From the IMG/VR virus record IMGVR_UViG_3300023096_000001, positions 70,134 to 96,243 of that record: a stretch of DNA of 26,110 nucleotides. One strand, given 5' to 3'. Shown here piece by piece: positions 8,662 through 16,669 of this stretch. Below the pieces are notes generated by a model. The model was not told the origin of the DNA and did no database searches. It saw only the letters and a list, made by a program, of their open reading frames with translations. The translations under genes and the position numbers were made by a program. How positions within the stretch are numbered: the first letter of the stretch is position 1; every line of letters starts with the position of its first letter. The stretch is from a virus.

Positions 8662-9063
8662 ATGAAAATTACTTGGTGGCTCGACTTAAACAGTGATGCG
8701 AAGAGACTACTGGCAGGATGTTTTATAGTCATTAGTGTGCTCGCAGGAACTGTAGTTTATTTGTTTAAAGAAATTGGCAATACGCGTACTTATTACGAAG
8801 CAGAGTTAAAGATTGAGCGGTCGGAGAAATTAAAAGCGTTAGCAGAAAAAGAAGCTTCTAAATCAGAATCTGACCGTGAAAAGTTTAAGATGGTTAAAGA
8901 TTTATATGAAGAACAAAAAGCCCTAAACGAAAAGCAAGTTGCGATTAACGAGAAGCAACGGGAAGAAAACGCAAGACAGCAGCAGATCAACATGCAGAAC
9001 CGTAAAACTACTGAGAGCACGAAATCAACTATTCAGCAGATAAAAGCGGTAATTACCGATTGA
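8662..9063 (+). CDS. Single-TM plus long coiled-coil protein; holin or spanin candidate
   Basis: LLAGCFIVISVLAGTVVYLF TM segment followed by an E/K/Q-rich heptad region. Lies in the lysis cassette. Confidence 0.6.
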   Translation: MKITWWLDLNSDAKRLLAGCFIVISVLAGTVVYLFKEIGNTRTYYEAELKIERSEKLKALAEKEASKSESDREKFKMVKDLYEEQKALNEKQVAINEKQREENARQQQINMQNRKTTESTKSTIQQIKAVITD

Positions 9064-9066
9064 AAA

Positions 9067-9522
9067 ATGAAAATGAAAAGTATTCTCTTTCTATTATCGT
9101 CAGCCATGCTCCTGTTCGCTTTTGGCGACAGAGCACAGAACAGCTTCTCACAGCAGGCTCCCAAGCTAAGCGAGAGTAAGGCGAAAGTGAATTACGATAG
9201 CATCCGCCTGGCGCGGGTTAGCGATAGCCTTCGCATAGAGTTGGAGAAGACGAAAGTGATTGTGGCAGAAACGCAGACCATCACCGAGGAGAGTAAACAA
9301 CTAACACAGGATCTTTTGATCAACAAGGAAAAGCATACTCAGGTTAAAAATCTGGCAACGCAGACGCTTCGGGTGGCTGTTTACAAATCGGACCGAATGC
9401 CTATGAATTTTAATGTGCACCCTATCAAGGAGGAGAAGCCGGTGCCTGTTATTGTGTTGACGCCTCCAAAAGACACGGTGATATTAAAAAAGAAGAAAAA
9501 GTTTAGGTGGCCTTGGAAATGA
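9067..9522 (+). CDS. Signal-peptide/TM plus coiled-coil protein with cationic-aromatic C-terminus; lysis-accessory candidate
   Basis: MKMKSILFLLSSAMLLFAFG N-terminus, central coiled coil, C-terminus KKKKKFRWPWK. ATGA-coupled to the endolysin. Confidence 0.6.
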   Translation: MKMKSILFLLSSAMLLFAFGDRAQNSFSQQAPKLSESKAKVNYDSIRLARVSDSLRIELEKTKVIVAETQTITEESKQLTQDLLINKEKHTQVKNLATQTLRVAVYKSDRMPMNFNVHPIKEEKPVPVIVLTPPKDTVILKKKKKFRWPWK

Positions 9523-10184
9523 TCGATCTGGATTCTTTTATAGCAGTAGCAAAAAAAGTATTCCCTAAAAGCAGAATTGCAGAATTCGATTCTTTTTGGG
9601 AACAGGCTTTTGCGTATGCGTCTATTGATAGTAATTTAAGAGCAGTCATGTTTTTGGCGCAGGTCGGGCATGAGTGTCAAGGGTTTACCAAGTTTGAAGA
9701 GAATTTAAATTATACAGCGCAGAGACTGGCGGACATCTGGCCTTCAAGGTTTGCTGTTGACAAGAATGCAAAGATAAAGACCCCTAACGAAACGGCTGTA
9801 AAAATTCAGCGGAAACCGGAATTAATCGGGAACGCGGTATACTCCGGGCGAATGGGAAATAAGGCGCCAGGAGATGGCTATAAGTATAGAGGTCGAGGCC
9901 TGATTATGCTGACGGGTTTAAACAATTACCGGGATAGCGATAATGCTTTTAACATGAACGGGAAGATTATCTCAAATCCTGATCTTTTATTGACTCCGTA
10001 CTGGGGTTTAATTACGTCTGCGCGGTACTGGAAGCGTAATGATATTAACCGGTACGCTGATGTTAAAGACATTGCTGGTGCAAGAAAGGCGATCAATGGA
10101 GGGCTGATTGGGCTTGGCGACGTGACGCTGTATTATAACAAGATTTCAAAGCTAATTAATAATAACTCACAAATAACTACTTAA
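9519..10184 (+). CDS. Glycoside hydrolase family 19 (chitinase-like) endolysin
   Basis: Hallmark motifs MFLAQVGHE...EENLNY, GDGYKYRGRGLIMLTGLNNY, NPDLL, SARYW, INGG. ATG at 9519 overlaps the upstream TGA (ORF track starts at 9507). Confidence 0.92.
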   Translation: MIDLDSFIAVAKKVFPKSRIAEFDSFWEQAFAYASIDSNLRAVMFLAQVGHECQGFTKFEENLNYTAQRLADIWPSRFAVDKNAKIKTPNETAVKIQRKPELIGNAVYSGRMGNKAPGDGYKYRGRGLIMLTGLNNYRDSDNAFNMNGKIISNPDLLLTPYWGLITSARYWKRNDINRYADVKDIAGARKAINGGLIGLGDVTLYYNKISKLINNNSQITT

Positions 10185-10187
10185 CGC

Positions 10188-12620
10188 ATGTCCTTCGAAA
10201 GAAATCCTAAAAGAGGTTTTATCCCTAGTCTATCAGAAATGTGGCAGAGTATCAACAGCCTGTGGTGCAAAATTAGAGATTTAGAGTCTTTGGTGGGCAC
10301 ATCTACTCCAGCTGTATCTCAGTACAGTCAAGTTACAATACAAGAGCTGCGTGATGCCGATGTCTTTACACAGAATTCCTTTATCATTATTGATGAAGGC
10401 TTAGAAGGGTTGTTTGTGTATGACGCTGATGACACGACTTCAACAGACGACGGGATTACCGTGCTTGTAAAGGACAACAAGCGGTATATCCGCAAAGATT
10501 GGCGTGATCTACCTTATTTTATCCCTGTTGCCGGCTCGCAAGCGACAGTATCGAGGTATCTTAAAACAGGCAATACTTATTACGGATTAATTTCTCAGTA
10601 TACAGGTAGGGAGATTACTGTAAATCAGGCGGTCACCAAAATCAATGGGGATCCCTCTGAAAGCGAAGATAATATAAAAGATACCGATATTGACAATATT
10701 GTTTATTTTAAGTTTGCAGATGGAAATTATGGAATTCGCAATTGGGAGAATGGAGTTCTTTACCCTGAAGAGTTTGGCGCAAAACCGGATGCTGTTTTAA
10801 TAAACAATGCCTATGTAGGAACGGACTGCACAGCTGCATTCCAGAAAATGTTTGACAGTGCGCCAATATCTGGTGTTGCCATTGAATTATCTGCTGGTAA
10901 ATATATCATAAGAGATACGATAAAACCTAAGTTAAACAACGATAGCTATAAAATTATACTAAGAGGGAAAGGGGAAGGGGTTTCTTACATCGTAGGTGCT
11001 GGAGATGGATTAATCGGGAAAAATCTTTTAGAATTAACGCCTGCAGGTTCTGGAGTTTCTCCTAAAAAGGATTCTAATATTCGTATTCATGATATTGAAT
11101 TTCATGCGAAAAAGGCGGATATGTGCATCTACGCCAACAAGGTTATTTTCTTTAGGCTCGACCACTGTGCGTTAAGAGGAGGGGAGGAGATGTGTTTGAA
11201 AGTAGGAGATGATACCGGAGATAACTATCTGGCAGATATTTCAGACAACTACTTCAATACCGTTACGGTCAATGGGGGCCAGAATACGGCTTTGATGGAG
11301 ATCAACTCTTTTTATGCTAAAATTACCAAAAACACAGGCGATGGAGGGTTTTATGCGTTAAAAACAAACCTTGTACAGAGTTATATTTCAGGAAATATTT
11401 TTGAAGGATACAAGTTCGCGGGGATTTACAGCAAGTTTAGTGGCGGAGGGGGTTGTGAAATCATAGGCAACAATTTTAGACCGTATTCATTGTATGATCC
11501 TAACGGGCTATTCAATGGAGAGATGCACGGTATTTATATCGAATCTATAACCGGAGGGGTTTCTGCCAATGTGATCAGCGGCAATGAAATTATAATTCCT
11601 GCGCCTGAAAACTTAAACAAAGTCGTCAGTTATAGTATTGCTTCAGGACTTGTACCTGAGCCACAGGATAATGCCTATAAAATCGTAGGTGTGACCAGCG
11701 GTGCAACAGGTAGACTTGTAGGCTGGAATCAGCAAGAGCAGCGGCTTCAGATTGAAGTTTTGACAGGCACTTTCCAAGCTGAGAGTATTATCCAGGGGAC
11801 TACAAATGGAACTGCAATTATATCGTCACTTATCGATAATCACACCTACGGAATTTCTTTGCTGGGGAATGCAGGCTCGAATGTCGTGACAGGAAACCGG
11901 GTTGAAGGCTGTGAATGGAGTATGCAAATAGAGAGCGCAGATAACAGCATTGTAGGTAATAAATTTCAAGGGATACATAATGGTCTTTTGATAAAAAACA
12001 ACACCCATATTATAGGAAACAGTATCGCGCTGTCAGGTTCGGGTAGTCATGTTGCTGCGAAAAGAATAGGATCTCCGGTTGTAAAATTTGAAGCGAATAG
12101 TTACGGCTCGTCCACTCTGGAGAATATCGATTCAACGCTTCGGGTTCCTGCGGATGTATACGGGAAAAACTTTGTCTCAGAATCGGCAGACGTTAATTCT
12201 AGCTTTTCAGGGTTTGTTATAAATGTCGCAAATAAAAAGATATGGGGACTAGAAAGGGTTGGAGCGCAAACAGGATCAAATGACGGATCTAATCTTACTC
12301 TGAGTAGATTTGCTGATGATGGTACATTGCTGGGTACTACTTTTAAGGTTGATAGAAGATATGGCTATTTTGACTTTCAAGTATGTCCTTCATCTACAGT
12401 AGCTCCTACCGACCCTTCAAATCTTACTAGAAAAGATTATGTAGATTCTAGGAAAGCGGCAAGTTCCCCGACTACAGCACTTATAAATACAGCTGTTGGC
12501 TCTGGCAATCCTCCCACACAAGCCGAATTCAACGCATTGGTTGATAATTATAATAAGTTATTGGTCAATTTTGAGGACTTGAAGGATAAGATGATTGTTG
12601 GAGGGATTTTATCTGCCTGA
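10188..12620 (+). CDS. Tailspike/depolymerase with right-handed beta-helix (pectate-lyase-3-like)
   Basis: PEEFGAKPD...TDCTAAFQK...SAGKYII entry motif. Repeated I.GN.F/I rungs. N-terminal anchor modules. C-terminal LTRKDYVD and PTQAEFNAL...coiled-coil fibre motifs. Confidence 0.85.
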   Translation: MSFERNPKRGFIPSLSEMWQSINSLWCKIRDLESLVGTSTPAVSQYSQVTIQELRDADVFTQNSFIIIDEGLEGLFVYDADDTTSTDDGITVLVKDNKRYIRKDWRDLPYFIPVAGSQATVSRYLKTGNTYYGLISQYTGREITVNQAVTKINGDPSESEDNIKDTDIDNIVYFKFADGNYGIRNWENGVLYPEEFGAKPDAVLINNAYVGTDCTAAFQKMFDSAPISGVAIELSAGKYIIRDTIKPKLNNDSYKIILRGKGEGVSYIVGAGDGLIGKNLLELTPAGSGVSPKKDSNIRIHDIEFHAKKADMCIYANKVIFFRLDHCALRGGEEMCLKVGDDTGDNYLADISDNYFNTVTVNGGQNTALMEINSFYAKITKNTGDGGFYALKTNLVQSYISGNIFEGYKFAGIYSKFSGGGGCEIIGNNFRPYSLYDPNGLFNGEMHGIYIESITGGVSANVISGNEIIIPAPENLNKVVSYSIASGLVPEPQDNAYKIVGVTSGATGRLVGWNQQEQRLQIEVLTGTFQAESIIQGTTNGTAIISSLIDNHTYGISLLGNAGSNVVTGNRVEGCEWSMQIESADNSIVGNKFQGIHNGLLIKNNTHIIGNSIALSGSGSHVAAKRIGSPVVKFEANSYGSSTLENIDSTLRVPADVYGKNFVSESADVNSSFSGFVINVANKKIWGLERVGAQTGSNDGSNLTLSRFADDGTLLGTTFKVDRRYGYFDFQVCPSSTVAPTDPSNLTRKDYVDSRKAASSPTTALINTAVGSGNPPTQAEFNALVDNYNKLLVNFEDLKDKMIVGGILSA

Positions 12621-12675
12621 CTTAGATTGAAAAATATTACTTTGATTTATCTAACAAAAAAGCGCCTTAAAATCC

Positions 12676-12912
12676 ATGAGACTAACAGGAGATAATTACA
12701 CAGACCTTCGCCGGCTGAACTGTCAAATAGAAAAGCTGGAAACGGAAGGCGTTGAAGGGAAGTCCGCTTACCAGGTTGCTGTTGACGAGGGGTTCGTCGG
12801 CACAGAAGAAGAGTGGCTGGCAAGCCTGCAAGGGCCGGAAGGGCCACAGGGTCCTCAAGGGCCAGCAGGAGGCGGTTCTAATACAGTTTATAACAATACA
12901 GTAGGATTTTAA
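12676..12912 (+). CDS. Short collagen-like phage tail protein
   Basis: GKSAYQVAVDEGFVGTEEEWLASLQG motif typical of phage collagen-repeat fibre proteins, followed by GPEGPQGPQGPAG. Confidence 0.8.
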   Translation: MRLTGDNYTDLRRLNCQIEKLETEGVEGKSAYQVAVDEGFVGTEEEWLASLQGPEGPQGPQGPAGGGSNTVYNNTVGF

Positions 12913-12915
12913 GCT

Positions 12916-15387
12916 ATGGCGATCGTAAATAATTTAATACCGGGAAAGCTGCATCCTGTCACAGGCGAAGATTTACGCCCAACAGTAGTTACTGTTTGGC
13001 AAGACGGGACAACACCTATGACAGATGCGCTCTGCGGAGGTCTCTACAATAAAGATACCGAAGCAAGCTCTCCTACGTTTGGCTCTTACTTCAAATGGAA
13101 TGCCGCAGGTCCTTGGCCGGTGAGCCGTTTAACGACGATTACGCAAGCAAAATTTCAAAAGCTGATCAATGATTTCGGGAGCAATCCTGCGACGATTGTG
13201 CTCGATAAAACGGTTGCAATCACAAGCAATATGACGATCCCTGCCAATGTTAAAATAGACTGGGTTCCAGGAGCTACATTTAATATATCGACAGGAGTTG
13301 TACTGACTTTGCTAAGTACAATAAATGAGCAAAACCAACAATTATTTTCTGGTTTAGGGAATGTTATTTTAAATGTTGCGAGAGTCAATGTTAAGTGGTT
13401 CGGGGCGGTAGATGATTTTAATACGACTACTTTAACGGGCACCGATAATACAGTTGCTTTCGAAAAAGCAACAAATGCCATTATTGATGGGAGATCTAGC
13501 GTTGTTGTAGTTCCTCGGGGCAGATATGGACTACTGTATTACATAGTTAAAAATGTTTCTTTGATAGGAGAAGGGCGCGTAAGCTTTAGTGCTATGACCA
13601 GCTCGGAGCCTTCGTTTTTTAGACTAATGGAAGGGACGGTTCGTGATATAAGGCTAGAGAATTTTAATCTTTCGGGAAATCCCAATAATCCAGGACAGGT
13701 TGGATTTGATGCTACGGCTATTTATTCTCCAACAGAAAATACAGGTGGTTGGTGGTATAGTAGCATGAGTGATGTCAATATTAGAGGGTTCTTAGGCCAT
13801 CAAATGAACTTCACTGCTCTTGACCCTAACATCTCAGGCACATTCAGGGATATTGCCAATCAGTTCTTAACTTTTAATAGAGTCACTGCTTTTAGGAGCA
13901 ACGCGACCACAAGGGCTTTGCGGGCAAATGGGCAATTTGGGCAGATTCAGTTTAATGGATGTGAATTTGATGGAGCAGCAGAGAATACTTTGGTAGATTC
14001 AGTAAATGTTGAGCTCATCTCAAGTGTAACAACAGGAGATACGGATCAGATATATAGCGTAGACTTTAATTTATGTACCTTTCAGAATGGAGATAAAGGA
14101 GTTAGGACATCCTTTGTGAAAACGGTCAATTTAAATGGATGTCATTTTGAAAATTTGGCAAGGCCTATTTATATAGAGACAGGGAGTCAAGTGAATGTGT
14201 TAAACAACTACTTTGGAGCCTGTGGATTAGGGTCTCGGATAACAAATGCGACAATTGAAGGATGTCTTGCTTATGTAGGATCTACTTGTGAGATGAGTTT
14301 TGATGGTTGTGCTGTATCAGGAGCTCATGATTTTACTATTATAGGAGATGGATTAAGTGGAGTAAACTATGGATCTGCAAATAAATTTGTTCCTACTTAT
14401 AAAACAATTGATTATCAAGGATCTGTAACAGGAGCCGGGGTGTTGACTATTAACTCTCATTCTGGCCGAATTTTAGTGAACGCTACTACTACTGAGTTAA
14501 ATACTATATCTTCTACAAAAGGGGTCGGTAATGAGATTGTACTTACCCCGCTAGGCACCTTAACATTAAATGTTACGGGCAATATTGCGATTCCGATTGC
14601 TTTAACGAAGCTTATATTTAGAGCGGGACAGTTAATCACTTTAAGAAGAAGGGGGGCAAAATGGGATGTGATAAATGTTAATGATTCGTTTTTCACTCAA
14701 TTCACGGGGAGTCCTGAAGGTGTTATTGTTGCAGCAAAAAGCACTATAGGGTATCGGACAGACGCGAGCGTTAATGGCTCTGTTTACTTTAAGTCTATAG
14801 AAGACGCCGGAGCTAACAATACAGGATGGATCGCTATCACGCCTAAAATAATAAGAACTTTAATCAATGCAACGCCTAAAACAGCTAACTATACGATAAC
14901 AGCTGATGATTCTACAATATTATACAACGCGACCTCAGGAAACTTAAATGCGACTCTGCCTTCGGCATCTTCTTCGTTCTCGGTAGATTCTGGCAGGATA
15001 TATACCATAAAGAAAACAGATGCAACGGCGAATACTGTTACAGTTGTGGGATCTATTGATGGTGGGACTAATTTTGTATTGAGAAATCAAAACGAAGCGA
15101 TAACTGTTCAATCTACGGGCACAGACTTTAAAATAATAGATTATTACAACCCCAATGTAGAACAGTATCAAGTAAAGACTGCTTCAGGTACAGGTGTGCT
15201 GACGACAATTAACATTGCACATGGCCTTGGTTATACGCCTGTTTTGACAGGAATCGTGCCTAACAATGCAGCTTCTAACGTGCAGCCTTTAGTGACAGCC
15301 GATGCAACGAATTTTATTTTTAATTACGCGGTAGCTCCGGCCAGTGGAACGAATAACCTAAGCTATAATATTTCTTATAAAAGATAA
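12916..15387 (+). CDS. Second tailspike/depolymerase with beta-helix and C-terminal fibre/binding modules
   Basis: NVKWFGAVDD...TDNTVAFEKA...VPRGRY entry motif. F.GC.F rungs. TGSPEGVIVA...G..Y.K...NTGW module. KTANYTITADD...TLPSA...GRIYTIKKTD module. IAHGLGYTP terminal module. Confidence 0.85.
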   Translation: MAIVNNLIPGKLHPVTGEDLRPTVVTVWQDGTTPMTDALCGGLYNKDTEASSPTFGSYFKWNAAGPWPVSRLTTITQAKFQKLINDFGSNPATIVLDKTVAITSNMTIPANVKIDWVPGATFNISTGVVLTLLSTINEQNQQLFSGLGNVILNVARVNVKWFGAVDDFNTTTLTGTDNTVAFEKATNAIIDGRSSVVVVPRGRYGLLYYIVKNVSLIGEGRVSFSAMTSSEPSFFRLMEGTVRDIRLENFNLSGNPNNPGQVGFDATAIYSPTENTGGWWYSSMSDVNIRGFLGHQMNFTALDPNISGTFRDIANQFLTFNRVTAFRSNATTRALRANGQFGQIQFNGCEFDGAAENTLVDSVNVELISSVTTGDTDQIYSVDFNLCTFQNGDKGVRTSFVKTVNLNGCHFENLARPIYIETGSQVNVLNNYFGACGLGSRITNATIEGCLAYVGSTCEMSFDGCAVSGAHDFTIIGDGLSGVNYGSANKFVPTYKTIDYQGSVTGAGVLTINSHSGRILVNATTTELNTISSTKGVGNEIVLTPLGTLTLNVTGNIAIPIALTKLIFRAGQLITLRRRGAKWDVINVNDSFFTQFTGSPEGVIVAAKSTIGYRTDASVNGSVYFKSIEDAGANNTGWIAITPKIIRTLINATPKTANYTITADDSTILYNATSGNLNATLPSASSSFSVDSGRIYTIKKTDATANTVTVVGSIDGGTNFVLRNQNEAITVQSTGTDFKIIDYYNPNVEQYQVKTASGTGVLTTINIAHGLGYTPVLTGIVPNNAASNVQPLVTADATNFIFNYAVAPASGTNNLSYNISYKR

Positions 15388-15980
15388 TGGCACAGATCGG
15401 CGCAGCACTTTTTGACCTGGCAACGGATCTTGTTAATCAAGGGGGGGCCGCAGGGATTCAGGTAAGAACCAACGGGGGTACTTCCTTCAACGATGGGCAG
15501 GCAGGGACGTATGCGTGGAATGCTTCGAGCACGGCTACCCATGACGGGATCAACGTGATCAAGGTCACAGCGATCACAACCGGCAGGTGGGTCCGCCAGA
15601 CGACGCCCGCTGCCAGCAATATCCCGATTGGAAATTTGCTTGCCAGTGATCTTGTCAGCTCTGCTCCCCGTTCGAATGGCACTACTTCAGCGGCAACGAT
15701 TACGGTGAATGTGGATACGACAGATAATTATAATGTAACCGCTTTAGTGGCGAACACGACGATTGCTGCACCAACGGGAACGCCGGTACAGAACCAGGAG
15801 CTGATCCTCCGCATTACGTCAGACGCCAGTATTCGCACGTTGACATGGAATGCCATCTTTAGAGCAGGTAGTGAACTGCCTCTACCGACCGCTACGATCG
15901 CGTCAAAAACACAGTATCTAGCGTTTATCTATAACGTTGAGGCTGTCAAGTGGGACTTTGTCGGCAGCACTACGTTATGA
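15387..15980 (+). CDS. Small tail-fibre adaptor protein (N-terminal GRWxR module plus C-terminal beta domain)
   Basis: First 71 aa align ungapped with 18695..19198. C-terminal APTGTP...LILRI...RTLTWNAIF...KWD segment is typical of phage fibre tips. Confidence 0.7.
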   Translation: MAQIGAALFDLATDLVNQGGAAGIQVRTNGGTSFNDGQAGTYAWNASSTATHDGINVIKVTAITTGRWVRQTTPAASNIPIGNLLASDLVSSAPRSNGTTSAATITVNVDTTDNYNVTALVANTTIAAPTGTPVQNQELILRITSDASIRTLTWNAIFRAGSELPLPTATIASKTQYLAFIYNVEAVKWDFVGSTTL

Positions 15981-16669
15981 TACTGATCAATGGATATAAG
16001 CGTTCTTCGGGTCCTCCGGCGGTACTCTCTGACGGGAATACGGCTGCGTGGTATAAATCCGATGAGACGGCTACTATTACCAAAGACGGGTCTCAAAAAG
16101 TTTCCCGTTGGAATGATTTTCTAGGCAGCGGACGTGATTTGACTTCTCCGAATGAAGACAGCACGCCGACATGGAGTGCGAACGGGATTGAATTTAATGG
16201 GGTATTTAATTACATGACCGCAAACTTTACGCTGACACAGCCTGAGTTTACTTATATTGTCGTCAAGATATTCTCTGACGCAGCAGGTGCTTTGTATTGC
16301 GGCGCAAACTCGGGCGCGAATTGTCCGGTGTACATCAATAGTATCTCAGGCAGTGTGGCGACGTTAACGATGGAGGCTGGCGGTGGTGCGGTGAGTGCCG
16401 GGAATGCGCCTGTTGGATCGTTCATTATTTTGAGGACACTTTTTAACGGGGCGAGCTCAAAGTTTATCGTGAACAGTTTATCGCCTAACACAGGGAACCC
16501 AGGCACGAATCCTTTGACAGGGTTTACGATCGGTTCTAACTATGGTATTGACTATGTAGGGAGCTTTTCTCATATTCAAGTCAAAGAGGTGATTCTTAGA
16601 AGGGTGGCTGATAACAGTACCAACGAGACAGCGATTTATAATTACCTGAAAGCTAAATATTCACTCTGA
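15977..16669 (+). CDS. LamG/concanavalin-A-like lectin-fold phage protein
   Basis: AWYKSD...VSRWNDFLGSGRDL...FNG...IKEVI-like segment...IYNYLKAKYSL pattern. ATG at 15977 overlaps the upstream TGA (ORF track starts at 15950). Confidence 0.75.
   Translation: MILINGYKRSSGPPAVLSDGNTAAWYKSDETATITKDGSQKVSRWNDFLGSGRDLTSPNEDSTPTWSANGIEFNGVFNYMTANFTLTQPEFTYIVVKIFSDAAGALYCGANSGANCPVYINSISGSVATLTMEAGGGAVSAGNAPVGSFIILRTLFNGASSKFIVNSLSPNTGNPGTNPLTGFTIGSNYGIDYVGSFSHIQVKEVILRRVADNSTNETAIYNYLKAKYSL

Noticed and set aside
8710-8721. LAGC lipobox-like sequence in the 8662 protein
   Set aside because: It precedes the hydrophobic helix and follows a polar stretch (NSDAKR), so there is no h-region for SPII cleavage.
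12622-12654. TTAGAT...ATCTAA inverted repeat as a terminator
   Set aside because: Only 6 AT-rich pairs with a long loop and no following U-tract on the + strand.
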